DNA of 63,243 nucleotides, the filler included, from Chiloscyllium plagiosum (taxonomy: Eukaryota), in the NCBI RefSeq assembly GCF_004010195.1. It is 5 parts of one record of this genome, joined end to end, with 100 filler letters (N's around TTAATTAATTAA, not from the genome) between each part and the next. Parts side by side here need not be neighbours in the genome. Positions count along the whole stretch, not along the records: positions 16,199 to 34,696 come from NC_057710.1; positions 34,797 to 39,949 come from NC_057710.1; 3 more parts are not named here. One strand, given 5' to 3'. The first letter of the stretch is position 1, and each line of letters opens with the position of its first letter. Shown here piece after piece: positions 25,085 to 38,360 of the stretch. A model generated the notes under the pieces. That model worked only from the letters and a program-made list of their open reading frames with translations. It made no database searches and was not told the DNA's origin. A program made the translations under genes and the position numbers.

Positions 25085-25350
25085 AATTTATTTTTTTTAT
25101 TCACTCGTGGGATGTGCGTCACTAACTGGCCAGCATTTATTGCCCATCCCTAGTTTCCCTTGCGACAATGATGGTGAGCTGACTTCTAGACCCACTGCAG
25201 TTCACCTGCTGTAGGTTGGCCCATAATGCCCTTAGGGTGGGAATTCCAGGATGTTGACCCAGTGACAATGAAGAAACAGTGCTATATTTCCAAGTCAGAA
25301 TGATGAGTGGCTTAGAGGAGAACTTGCAGGTGGTGGTGTTTCCATGTATA
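25085..25350 (-). mobile_element. 3' end of second LINE family
   Basis: Reverse complement of the ...gggatgggcaataaatgctggccag tail with poly(A). Confidence 0.75.
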
Positions 25351-25429
25351 AACCACAAAAAAAATTACCTTGGAGAACAATAGATTTTTTTCTTCAAATG
25401 AGAATTGGAACATTTACAAGAATTGGAGT

Positions 25430-26200
25430 AAGCTATTCAGCTCTTGAACATGTTTGAATCACATCAGGTCTGAGTGTCTTGTCCCTTTATCCACCCCTGC
25501 CTTGGTTCCAGATCCTTTAACAATCTTGTCCTAAAAGAAAAGTAACAATCTTGACATTGAAATTTTCAAAGCACCCAGTTCAACTAATTTTTTTTGTTGT
25601 GGTAGAAATGTACCATCACCAGGCAGAAATCGGGAATGGGCGATATACAGTTATAATTTGGAACACACTTTCACAAGAACTTTGTGAATTCTGGAAGAAC
25701 TAGAACGTTTGAGACTAAGATTGCTAGAATCACATTAGGTGAGGAGCATGAAGCAAAGATCACTGATGTAAATTATAAAAGGTTGAGGCCTTAGCATCGA
25801 CCGCTGTGAGATTGCATTCATCATATTCTGCCAATCAGACAAAGACACATTTATGCATATTCTGTTTCCTAGCAACCAGCTAATGATCTGACGATTCTGG
25901 TATGTTACCCACAATACCATGAGATTTTATTTTCTGCAAGGTTAGAAGTCAGATGGCACCAGGTTACAGTCCAACAGGTTTATTTGAAATCACAAACTTT
26001 CGGAGCACTGCCCCTTCATCAGGTGAAATATCATTTGCAATGATCTTTTGATGTGGCCCCGATCATATACCTTCTGAGAAGCCAAATGCAATATGACTGC
26101 AGGCTCCTCTATGCTCACAACACATGTTACTTCTTCAAAGATCTCCAATAAATTGGCTACACATGATTTCCCTTTAACCAAACAATGACTGCCTTGAGAT
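25430..26200 (-). mobile_element. Degenerate CR1 with nested PLE end (25940-26028)
   Basis: KGKSCVANLLEIFEEVT, plus a PLE core ctgatga-aggggcagtgctcc-gaaag on the minus strand. Confidence 0.65.
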
Positions 26201-27099
26201 TGAGGGAAATTTGAAAAATTGACTTACCCATCCACCATCTCACTCGTCATCTTTTTGAAGACCCTAGTGTTGGAATTTACCAGGCATGTATTCCTAGCCC
26301 CTGAGACCAATAAGTCAGTTGTAGCCCCATTCTATCCAATTCATGGATGGCCCACAGCAATATTAGATTGAGAGTAGCTTTATCATATCAGACATTATAT
26401 CAGAGATTATATCTCATGTAGGAGGAGGGTCCCTCAAACAGAACTATCAGCCAATCTGATTGGCTGGCAGCTATGTAATGGTCACTCTTGTAACTACAGG
26501 CATTCCCTAAGAAGAAGCCTAATAGAGAACAGTCTTAATGATAGGTCCAGGTTCACAGCTGCCTAACTGACATGCCTCACCCGACTAAAAAAATAAAGTA
26601 CAGAAAGAGTAATACTGAAATGAATAGAATCATACTGGAGCACTGTTCTGCGGTATGCAAACAATTTTTCATCCGTTTTACTGTTTTTCCTTCTGAGTCA
26701 ATAGGGCTGAAGCATTTGTGGATGAGGTGAAGCAGTGACAGGAATTGAGAGGTCATGAGCCAGGCTAAAGAGCAGGAGCATGATCTTTGGGAGAGGGGAA
26801 AGGATTTAGAGTCTCTGGACATGAGAGTCCTCAAAAGAGGTACCCCATTCCTGGATGACAGCAGGCCAGAGTAAAAGCTTTTATGCTGCATACGTTCTAT
26901 CTGCCTTGCTGTGTTACATGTAACTTAGGAGGGAACTCAGAATGAGGCCCAATGCAGCCTTGTATTGACCACTTAAAGATCTCCAGCAACCTTTAGGCAG
27001 CAACAATGCAAAAGCCTTCTCCATTTACCATAGTATGAGAGACCAGATACAAGTGAACAGGTACACTTCATGTTATTAATCCCACACTTTCAAAAATAT

Positions 27100-30000
27100 T
27101 GATATTTCTTGAAGGATTTAAGTTTTGAAAGATTGAAAAAACTTGATTTATTTCAAATTTTGTAGGAAGAGTTGGAGTGATCTGTTTGAAAAATGACATG
27201 AAATGTCACTTTGTACAATGTAGTTTTTCTTTTCAATGATGCTCTTAGACATCTTATGACTAGTGATAACTACTCATTCTTTTGGAGACCCCTACTGGTG
27301 CTGTTTGAAAAGCAGCTGAATGGAGGGTGCTGTGGGATCTGGAATTAGTTGGAGAGCAAGAAGCTTCTGAAGAAGATCTATCCGACTTTCCTATTTTCTA
27401 AATAATTCTCCCTTTCTGAGTTCAGCTCAAAAACAATTAATTCTTCTGAAAGAGTGGTTGCAGGAATTTCTCAGTATTGTATTTCCTGAGCTAGTTGAAT
27501 CTGCCAAGACTCCAGAGGCAACTGTGTGCAATTAGTAGTTTAATCACACCAACTGAGAACAGCAGAAAGGAGGACTTTAAAATATTCTGCACCTTGTCCT
27601 TTATGCTTCAAGAACAACTCACCAATGAAAGTATTGTTTTTTCTTGGAATGCCAATCTCCATTTTCTTATCCTTAATCTGACCATGTGTGGATGTGTTTT
27701 GAGGTTATTTAGAGGGATAAACATTCATACTTTCATATCACTGACTGTGGATGTTAACCAGTCATTGCATTCCTGGAATAAGTTTTGTTTGATAGCAAGC
27801 TAATCATTATATTTATCAAACGAATCCAGTTGATGGATCTTTTTCATTTCAAATAGGTTGTAGATAAGTTATTAAACTGACCAGCTTGGTCGCTGAGAAA
27901 ATTATTTCTTATTTTTACATTGTGGCCGCTGGAGTAGTGAGATCAGAGTGATAGTGCACACCTTCAGCCTTGACTGTAATAAGACAATGCTCTGCACAAT
28001 TCAACAATAAACCAGTGCTTGGTATCTATGAACAAGAAAATGCCAAGAACAATAACACAACTTCATTTACCAACAGACTTTCTATAGAGAAAGCAACTCA
28101 GCAATAGAGAGGAGGGAAGCTTTGTGGTATTCTATTCCTCCACAGCCCGGGAACATTGAAACTAGTTGTAGCACCTGAAATGGAGATCCAGTTGAGATCG
28201 GCCAACCAACTTGTGAATTGGCAACATCCCAATCTGGACTGGCTCAGTCTCACTCGAGTTGGTACTGAACTCTCTGAACCAGTAAGCGAGCTGACTAACT
28301 GATAACACCACTCAATAACAAAACATCCCATTGGTTATTCTTCAATAAAAGGTATTTCTCCAATTGACAGTGTGTTCCAAATAGCTGTATCCACAGGGGG
28401 ATGAAGCAACTGGATTAGAAATGTATCTTCGAGCCGTAGAATACCTAAAATGGTAAAAGACTATTGCAGCTGAATCCTCCAAAGCACCATAACCGGTTTG
28501 CCAAGAAGTTGTACACTTGAATCAGGCCTGGGTTTGGATTGGGGTGCAAAATGCACATTACAAGTAGGCATTTGCAGAACAATCTGCTTAATAACCTGTG
28601 TCGGTCATTCAATCACAATCAAAACAGCAGCAACGCATTCAACAAAATTCTGGGGTTTTGTTTTCCTTTTGCTCACAGGAATAATTTGCTTTCCAAGATG
28701 TGAATGTGGATGTGGGCACAAACTCACCTCGAGTTTCCATTGACTGCCAATTCAAAAGCAGGTAATTAAGGAAGTTTCAATTCACGAGTGATTGCTTTTT
28801 TTTACACTGGCATTGAAGATTTTTGCTTTGTTGATCATTTTAGTGGAGAGGGAATGAATGGAAAATGGTTTTGATAGGCTCCAAACCTTTACTTTGTTCA
28901 GGTTTGTGGAGAGCAGATGCTGAAGTAGTGCCAGGCAGCATCGCTGAGATGTAAATTATTCAACAACTTTTCCAGCTTTTTAAAATTTCTGCCAGAATAG
29001 CAATCGAAGATGAGTGAACATCGCTGGCTGACAAGATGTGAACAATTACTTTATTGCACTGGTGCACGGCATGTACTTAACAGGTTCCCAATTACTAACA
29101 TCTGGCTGCTTTGGAATGACAGCTCAGATTTATGACAAAACCCCTGAACAATCCAATCATCAAAAGTAAAAAGGTCATCTAATTCCAATAGAGAAAAATG
29201 AGCATCAGGCAGACTTCTTTTGAGAGAGTTATTTCCACTCCAAAGTCTTTTCACATAAAATAAATTATTTGTTCACTTTCTGCCCTCAATCTTGAAGGCC
29301 TCATGTCTGATCTGGGAGCTCATGTATGTAGATAGAGTGAAAACTATAATAAATTCAGCTACACCATACCCGGGGAATCAGACTGCACAATTGATAAAAT
29401 CTAAATGGAGGTTTCTGATAAAAGTATGAAATCTAGAAGAGAAGTTCAAAGACATCTCCAGCTTAATAAAAAATGTGAGATTTATTACTTTAATATACAG
29501 ATGCTCCAAGCAACCTGTTGATTTTTTCTAATCTTTGTTTTCTTCATCTGTCTTAAGGCCTTGAGACTTTGTTTCCTGTTAACACTCATTCCAGGAGATT
29601 TGCTTATCAAACAGATACAAGTTGGAGACAGTCATTGTGCCAGGGAAAACTAGTGCAGTATCTTAAGTCTGAGTATTCATTGCTAAGTCAAGACGGCAAA
29701 GTTGCAAAAACTCCCGATTATAGAGTCATAGAGCTGTACAGCACAGAAACAGACCCTTCAGTCCAACTTGTCCATGAGATATCCTAAACTGATCTAACCC
29801 CATTTGCCAGCACTTGGCCCATATCCCTCGAACTCTTACTATTCATGTACCCATCCAGATGCCTTTTACATTACTATAATTGTACCAGCCTTCCATCACT
29901 TCCTCTGGCAGCCTATTCCATACATGCGCCACCCTCTGCATGAAAAAGGTGCCCTTTTCTATCTTTCTTCTCTCACCTTAAACCAATTACCTTTAGTTTT

Positions 30001-30330
30001 GGACTCACCTACCCTGGGAAAAGGACCTTAGCTATTCACCCAAACCTACTTCCTGTGTCCAAGAAGTCACCTCATGCCACAGCCACCAGCAGAGCTCCAT
30101 ACTCTCCATGTCAACCTGTGCTCCTTTATCGTTTTAGCTGCTATGTGATAACTCAAGACAATCCTGATGCCAATCGTCTTCTTATACCACTATATCCTCT
30201 ATGCATACTAACCTAATATACACCCTGAGCAGAAACCAGAAGTAACAAATAAAGCTACAAGTGTCTATTGATGAATTTACTATTTTAAAAAGGACTCATT
30301 GAATTTTTATCAAGTACACTACATGTAACT
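27100..30330 (+). pseudogene. Endogenous viral element: degenerate Mononegavirales-like L (RdRp/PRNTase) gene, split by a CR1 tail at 29720-30045
   Basis: Colinear degenerate motifs across frameshifts: ITPTENSRKEDFKIFCTLSFMLQEQL..NLTM (27543-27686), SWNKF..QLMDLF (27771-27844), AIERREALW (28101-28127), SANQLV (28198-28215), SHWLFFNKRYFSN*QCVPNS (28326-28385), KFWGF..GHKLTSS (28645-28734), SGCFGMTAQIY/QNP*TIQ (29101-29156), W..KTIINSATPYPGNQ (29313-29381), SNRY (29607-29618). Confidence 0.72.
29720..30045 (-). mobile_element. CR1 3' end inserted into the viral fossil
   Basis: tagagtcatagag tail, then the 3' hairpin and C-terminal coding remnant. Confidence 0.88.
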
Positions 30331-30339
30331 TCGTTAAAC

Positions 30340-31600
30340 TGGTGGTTGGAGGTCAGCCATCTCAGTCCCAGCACATCTCTGCAGGAGTTCCTTAGGGTAA
30401 TGTGCCTGCCCAACCATCTTTAGCTGCTTCATCAATGCCTTTCCCTCCATCTAAGGTCAGAAGCCAATGATTGTACAATGTTCAGAACCATTCATGACTC
30501 TTCAGATACTGAAGCAGTCAGTGACCAAATACAGCAAGATCTGGGCAATATCCAGGCGTATCTAACAATTGCCAAGTAATGTTCCTGCCACACAAGTGCC
30601 AGACATTGACCATTTCCAAACCATCATCTTTTGACAATCAGTGGCATTACTATCATTGAATCCCCCACTAACAACATAAAAACACAGGAAAAAGCAGCAG
30701 GAGTAGGCTGTTTGGCCCCTCAAAACTGACCCATCATTCAGCACATTCATGACTAATCTGTTCCAAATCTCAATTCCTCTTTTATGCCAGCACATTATAG
30801 CACTCAATGCCCTAATATTTCAAAAATCTACCTTTTTAAATATTTTCAGTGATCTTGCCTCCATGACGCTCTGTGGTATAGAATTCCAGACAAACACTAT
30901 CATCTGAGAGAAGGAACTCCTTCACATCTCAGTGTTAAGCAAGTTTCCCCCTATGCTATATCCATTTGCCTAGTTCAATATTTCCACATGAGTAGAAACA
31001 AACTCTCAACATCTACCCGGTCAACTCCTCACAGAATATTTTATATTTCAAGAAAACATTTTTCCCCCATCCCCAATCCCAGCCTCATTCTTCTTCAAAA
31101 TTCTGGAGTTACCATTGACCAGAAATTGTACTGGACTAGCCATGTAAATGCAGTGATGGTAAGATCAGATCAGGGCTGAGGGACTCCTACATCAGGTAAC
31201 TCCACTCCTGATTCCATCATCGACCAGGTATAAGTCCGGAGTGGGACTCATTACTCCCCAGTTGATTGGTGCGACTCCAATGACACTTAAGAACCTTGAC
31301 ACCATCTGGTACAAAGCAGTCCGCTTGTCTGATGCCACATCCATAAGCATCCACTCCTTCCAATATTGATACTACGGCAGCATGTACCATCGGCATTATG
31401 CACTGCTGAATTGCACCAAGGGCTCCTTGGACAGCATCTTCCAAATCCATGACCACCATTTTGCAGAAGAACAAGGGCAGCAAATTCACAGGAGCACTGC
31501 CAAAAGCAAGTTCACTTGTAAGCCAGTCACGATCCTGATTTGGAAATACGTCACCATCCCTTCATTGTCACTAAGCCAAAAGCCTGGAACTCCCTCCCTA
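30340..31600 (+). mobile_element. Second LINE family RT fragment with nested minus CR1 tail (~30672-31100)
   Basis: AGVP*GNV..PTIFSCFIN, QQDLGNIQA and GVTIDQKL.W..HV remnants. Confidence 0.75.
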
Positions 31601-32696
31601 ATAAGGCAGTGTAGTCCTATCCGGCTAGATGATGTCAGAGATATGTTCAAAGAAGGTGGCCATGGTCAACAAAGTTAAAGGTTGCAGAGAGGTCAAGGAG
31701 AATGATATTGCATGGTTTATCTTTGTCAATGGTCAGATAGAAGTGAAAGATTTAGGGCCAGATTCAGCAACACAATAAAATCTTAGATCTAAATGTAAAT
31801 CTTATTTCTTTTTAGCATGACAATTGTGTTGACAATGGAATTTCTTTGAAAAGTTGAAGTTTACTGATTTTTTTTATTAAGTGAAAAGGCTGATGTAACA
31901 GTAAATTTCTGGTTTATTCAGCAATACAAGTTAAATCTAAGAACAAATCTTCACTGTTATATTGAAAATTGGGAGTATATTCTCACAGCGAGACACAGTT
32001 TATGTATAGAATACAGAAATGTTATCTGTCCAGTAAAAGTGCTAAGTCTGTCACCATTGGAATTGTTGGAGTAATCACCACACAGGGTCCCAATGTCAAT
32101 AACTTCAGTTGATAAATAGATGAAGTCTGACTGCTGATGTTTTTTTAAAATTATTCTGACTTCCACCCATTGATAACATGTTGAATACATAATAATAACA
32201 GCCAAAAAGTTATTAATCTTTGAATATAGTCTGATCATTTTTTAAAAAGATGTTCTGTTACCTTTTTGTGATATTGTCATAGCAAGTAAACATACTCTTA
32301 TGTTTCCATTGTTGTCTTATTTCTCATTTTGCAATTCAATCTCATGCTGTCAGAGGCTATTAACTTATGACTTTTTGTGCTCAGCTGCTTTTTGTTATTG
32401 TTTTTCTACAATTGCAACTCTTCATTTGATTTCTGCACAAAATGAAGTGGTATCCCCAGGACTTAAACGTTATTCAACTGAATAATAGATTCAAGACTGA
32501 TACAGCACAGAGGCTGTTCCACTCATCATGCCCACGTTGGCAGGATGAAAGAGCTATTCAATTAACCTCATGGAACTGTTCCTTTCTTCTCGTTGTACAT
32601 TTCTGTTTTATCTTCAAGTACATATTCAATTTCCTTCTGAAAATTTATAACTCAATTGTTATTCCAACATCTTTTCAGGTGAAGCTTTTAGATTGA

Positions 32697-32960
32697 CAAC
32701 AACAATTTTTATTTATGCAGTACTCTTAAAACAATAAAATGTCCCAATTCATATGAATGTGTGTTCCAAAACAAAGCATGATGCTCAGCCAAGAAAAGAA
32801 AAATAAGTCCAGATGATTAAAATCTTGGTCAAAGAGAGAGGTTTTAAGAAGCATCTTGAAGAAGAAAGGAAATATAGAAAAACAGAGAGGCAAAAGGGAG
32901 GTGTTCCTGGGCAGTGGGTGCCATCATCTGATCTGGGACTGATTCAAATCAGGAATGCTT
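32697..32960 (-). mobile_element. L2-like LINE 3' end
   Basis: (ttg)n tail with aataaaaa, and aagcatcttgaag. A similar piece lies at 49618-50060. Confidence 0.55.
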
Positions 32961-33759
32961 GAGTATTGGAAGAATTAAGATATACCTGAGGGATGTGGGA
33001 CTGCAAAATAAGATTAACAACAATCATCTGTCAAGTTATTTATATCTCCTGATCTTTCAATTTAAAAAAAAGTCTGCAGCATTAACAAATATGATTACTT
33101 GCTACTTCATTCAGCCTGTTAACATAAATCTAAGGGATATTACCATAGGTTGTGAAAGTAACAATGCAGCATACATCCTATCACAATCACAGACAGGTAG
33201 CTGTGTTCACAGTGAAAGCTCCAGATGATCAAGAAGGATGAATAAAAATGCTTGTTTTATAAGAGAATTTGTCTTTTTGTAATTAATTCAGGGGATAGAG
33301 GATGCACTGGTGGGCCAACCATAATTGCCCTCAAGATGGTGGTGAGGATTTGCCTTCTTGAACCATCACAATCCATTTGTGTTGCAACAATCTTTTCATT
33401 TAATGGAAAATCAGGAAATTGAAATTATTTTATCAGCACATTCATTATGCTAAAAAGGAGCAGGTTTATATTTGGATCTATGATTTTGCCACTGTATCGA
33501 ATGTGGTTTGGAAGTTTGCAATCCTATGTGACAAAGATAAACTATCCAAACTCATCTATCTCACATGCCTGCAAGCTTTGGCACCAGTAACCATGCCATC
33601 TTTCTCAACACCTCTCCAACATCATCAGGAATGCAGCACCTGGTTCCATTCTCATCCAGGAATCAGAGCACCAGTTTTAACATGTGAGCTGAGAACACCC
33701 AGCTCTCCCTCACCACTCCCTCGGCTGTAGTTAATTATCAGACTGTTGATCAGACCTGC

Positions 33760-34335
33760 AGTGGATGGATGAACAGAAATGTCCTCCAGTTAAATACGGG
33801 AATATCTGAAAACAGTCTTTTGTCCCTATTCCAAAAGCCCATTCCCCACCTGCCAATTCTATCCCTCTTCCTTGCAACAGTCTGAGATAATATCAATCAT
33901 AGTTGACACTGAGTTGAGTTTCTGACCACATTTCCATGCTCTCCCTAAGATTGTCTATTTCCATCTCTACAACATCACCTGACCCCACACTTGCCTCAGC
34001 TGAACTAATGCTGCAACTCTCTTCCATGATCTGTTACCTCATGATTTGTCTGACCAGCATGCGACTCTCTACGAACATGAAGTCATCCAAAACTCTGCAC
34101 AGAACCTTTCTCACAAAATGTCTGCCCTATATTCATTCACTTTCCCAATTATCAATGCCTCATTTTTAGCTTTTCAACCTTGTTTTCAAACCTCCAAGTC
34201 CTCAATCTTCCCTTTCCTATTGTCTCACAACTCTCTAATATTAGTATTCCAGTAATTCTGGTCACCAGCTTGTGCCATTCACACTTATGCCATCATTTGC
34301 AGAGATCCTAAGCTCTGGAATATTGACTCAAGCTT
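33760..34335 (+). mobile_element. Degenerate L2 RT C-terminal fragment
   Basis: WMNRNVLQLNT..SE, IQNSA and ctctggaa remnants. Confidence 0.6.
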
Positions 34336-34616
34336 CTTTACCTCTCTTCACTTTCAACAAAATCAATAAAAATTCAGTCAATGCAAGAAGGTGGTATTAG
34401 TAATAATATTAGCAAATTTGCTGATGATACTAAGCTGGGTAGCAGGGTGAAATGTGAGGAGGATATTAGGAGATCTTCTTTACCTCTCTTCACTTTCAAC
34501 AAAATCAATAAAAATTCAGTCAATGCAAGAAGGTGGTATTAGCAATAATATTAGCAAATTTGCTGATGATACTAAGCTGGGTAGCAGGGTGAAATGTGAG
34601 GAGGATATTAGGAGAT
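34333..34616. repeat. 142-bp tandem duplication across an L2/CR1 junction
   Basis: 34333-34474 is repeated at 34475-34616, with one visible substitution (agtaat/agcaat). Confidence 0.9.
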
Positions 34617-35155
34617 TACAGGGAAACCTGGACAGGTTAGGTGAGTGGTCAGATGCATGGCAGATGCAGTTTAATGTGGTTAAATGTATGGTTATCNNNN
34701 NNNNNNNNNNNNNNNNNNNNNNNNNNNNNNNNNNNNNNNNTTAATTAATTAANNNNNNNNNNNNNNNNNNNNNNNNNNNNNNNNNNNNNNNNNNNNCTGA
34801 GAGGTGACCTGATAGAAGTTTGTAAAATAATGAGAGGTATAGACACAGTTAATGGTGGTTGTCTTTTCCCAAGGATGGGGGATTTCAAGACTGGGGGCAT
34901 GTTTTTAAGGTGAGAGAAAAAAGATTTAATAAAGATATGAGGGGTAAATTTTTTACACAGAGGGTTGTTCGTGTGTGGAATGAACTTCCTGACAGAGTGG
35001 CGAATGTGGGTACAATTATGACATTTAAAAGGGATTTCAATAAGTACATGAATGGGAAAGGGTGAGAAGGATTTGGGCCAGGAGCAGGCAGTTAGAGATT
35101 ATGTTTGGTATGGATTGGTTGGACCGAAGGGTCTGTTTTTGTTCTGTATGACTCC
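34530..35155 (+). mobile_element. CR1 RT and 3' end fragments either side of an assembly gap (34697-34796)
   Basis: ISKFADDTKLG, WQMQFNV and FFTQRVVRVWNELP. Confidence 0.88.
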
Positions 35156-36149
35156 ACTTTAAGTCGAGTGTGAGAGAGGAAGGGAGATGAAAAAGGTTTA
35201 AGGAGCTTATTCCAGGACTAGTGCCTTGAAGTCTGAGGCGTCAAAGGTATAACAAATAAAACCGGGAAAGTGCAGAAGGTCAGGTTTGGAGAAATGCTAA
35301 ATTCTGAGAGACTTGTTGGAAATGTTCACTCCCTTACTGCTCATTTGGAGAGCCAGTGTAGAGACAATAGGGCCAAATGAGGTAATAGTTCAGTGATTCT
35401 GAGAATTACGTCCTGGTAGCAATCTGTATGATATCTAGTGTCTGTGCAAAGAATTTGAAGATAATGCACTTTGACACCACCAAAATAATTTTATGGGGAT
35501 GTGGATGAGACAAGTGGGCAATGGACTGATTTGTCCACAAGGATGGGATTTTTAAAACCATGACATTTCTGATCAGGGTCCTAATGCACAGGGAGGGGAA
35601 AGAAATCTACAATCCTTGTACCAACCTCATGTCGACCTAAATCCAGCCACTAACTAATGTGGTCAACATTTAACTGTCCTCTCAGTTGGTTAGCAAGCTT
35701 CACCACTTCAAGAGCCACCAGGGATAGGCACTGAGTACTGTTGATCGTGAAACCCAGATTTCTTTTTTAATAACCATAATACAATAAAAAACTCAATGAG
35801 TTCAATAAAGAGTAAACAGTAGGTGCAAACATTGATGATACTGCTTGAGTTGAAACAGGTGGCATGATAAAACAGAACAGCAAGAGATTTTCTAACAATT
35901 TTTCTGACAAGGTTACAATCTGACATTGTTGAGCCCAACGTTGAGTTTCACCCACTGCTTCTGCAAAACCCTGGTCCATTCCTCAAACGCTCCTTCCAGG
36001 TGGAACAGCATCTTACTGTACCTCCAAGCTGTGGTGGCAAGGTGCAGACGGAATAGTCACTTTGCTGAGCACTTTTGTTCAAATCGCAAGCTTGAACTTG
36101 AGCTTCCGGTTGCCTGGTAACAACTTAAACAATAGAATGAAAAGTCATA

Positions 36150-38360
36150 TATCCAAGAATGCCAATGTCACAAAGGTAAGCAACATTGCAGATAGGAACA
36201 CAATATGGCAATGAGATAGTAATAGTTAAAGTGGATGGGCAAAGCTGGGCAAATAAATTTCACAATACCCAAATGAAAGGTCGATTATTTTGGACCTATT
36301 AACAATAGAACAAAATGCTTTCTAAACTGTAAAAGCTAAATATGATTGACGGTCAAGAACATTAAAATTTTGTGAACATATTCAGAAAATAATTGAAAAG
36401 GTAATGAAATGTAGTCTTCACATCTAGACCAATAGAATACAAAGGATTAGAAGTATTTTTTCAGCTCAACACCGCCCTAGTTAGACACACTGGATTATTA
36501 TGAGCAATCTCAAGCACCATAACTGCTTTGGAGGAAGGGCTGTGTAGATTTATCGAAAAGAGACCTGAACTCCCAAGATTAAAGAGCAAGATTTTTCAGA
36601 AATTAGTGTTGTACTTTTAGGAATTTAGAAGGTTAAAGATCAAAGATTTCCAGATGGTAATGGGAACAGCTAAATTAGTTAGAAACTATTTCCGATGGTA
36701 GGAGATTGTATTACTGGGTGACAGTGTCTAAAATAAAAGTCAAGCCTTTCAGGAGTGAAATTGCTGTGTGGGGGTGAATATCTTGCACCCACTCTCTTCC
36801 CCCACCCCACACCCCCCCAACCAAAATGTGAGTTTGTACCTTACTACTTACTCTTGGAGTGATGCCAACAAGGTGAGGCTTTCCACCTGAGAGACAGGAA
36901 GACCCGCCCATGAGAATTGATGGTTAATCTATTTAGCTGGCAACTAAGCAGTGCAGGCAATGATAGAAAACAGCCATAGCCACTGCTGGGATTGAAGGCA
37001 ATATCAAGAAGTAAAGTTGATAACAGCCTTTGAGGTAAGCCTGCAGACTTTGGTCAAGCAGGGCCTGGGGATTGTAGCAAGGGAGTAGGTGTTGAAGAAT
37101 TGGGTTTTGGAGGCTGGAATGAGGAGTCACATAGGGAAGGGGCGCCACTTTGGGTGTGCCCTCATGAGCATGAAGGACCCTCTTTTCTATTCCTTCGCAG
37201 GATGTGGACATCACTGACTGCTGTCAGCATTTATTGTCCATCCTTAATTCCTCTGAGTGAACCAGATTGCTAAATGGAAGGAAATGAGTGACCCAGTTTA
37301 GCTTTTATGACAATCTCTGGTGACTGCATGGTTACCATTTGACTAGTTTTTTATGCCAGATGTTTATAATTTAATGCGAGAAAGTTAGGGCTGCAGATGC
37401 TGGAGATCAGAGCTGATAATGTGTTGCTGGAAAATCACAGCATCCAAGAAGCAGGAGAATCGATGTTTCAGGCATGAGCCCTTCTTCAGGGCTCAATTTA
37501 ATGCAAATTTCACCATCTGCTGAGATTTGAACTCATATCTCCAGAGCGTCAGCCTGGGCGTTCTGGATTACTAGTCCAGTGACATTGCCATTATGCCACT
37601 GACTCCCCAGAAGAGGAGCCTGTCTCTTTCGTTTATGTGTTCTCGCTGTGACAAGCCTGTTTGCTCTCCCCCTTCCCCTGCACACCACATGATAAGCAGC
37701 TGAGGTGAACTGAGGTCTTTAAGTGTCCTTTAGTTGGCAATTTATATGCTTTGCTAGATGTCTGCACCCTCCCCGCGACCCCCCCCATAATATGAGGAAG
37801 AGCTTCGAGATGACCTGGAAGGAAGTGGGTTAGCCACTCACTTTAGTGTATCTGCTCTCACCTTTAAATGCACTGTGGCTGGGGTGTGTCACTGTAAAAC
37901 CTCTTCCTTCCTCTCCCCCAAAAATCACTCCTGCCCTTCGAGCATGGGAGCACTGAAGGATATTGCAATTCTCCTCCAGAAATGAAAATTGATGCTATTG
38001 AATTGTTAACTTTAAATCTGAGCTTGACAGATTTTGTTGATCAAAAATTAACTATTTGTTTAATGTTTCAAATGAAATTGCCAGGTCGAATTCAATCACC
38101 TGTCAGCCTTGTTCTCATTGAGTGGTGGAATTATCCAGTGGTTAAATGATCTGCACCTGTTCCTGTATTTCTATTTCTGTCATTAAGTTCTCTGTTTAAT
38201 ATTATCTCTGTTTTGATTTACATAGTAGGGGAATCAAGGGTTTAGGACAAAGTGCAGGAAATCGGATGTAAGGAATGTTAGATCAGCCATGATCCTATTG
38301 AATGGTGGAGCAGCACAAGGGGCCGAATGGCCTACTCCTGTACTTTTCTCTTATGGTCTT
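36150..38360 (+). mobile_element. Old CR1 remnants (36150-36770, 37950-38360) with nested family-2 SINE (~37185-37605, -) and PLE end (37378-37494)
   Basis: LEFRRL remnant and CR1 hairpin tails. The PLE is flanked by TSD aatttaatgc (37368-37377 / 37495-37504). Confidence 0.6.

Noticed and set aside
28098..28331. Minus-strand ORF segment LADLNWISISGATTSFNVP resembles hepadnavirus polymerase NLSWLSLDVSAAFYHLP
   Set aside because: It lacks the catalytic Asp, and I saw no following PMG or YMDD motifs. The opposite strand explains the region far better, with about a dozen colinear L-protein motifs.
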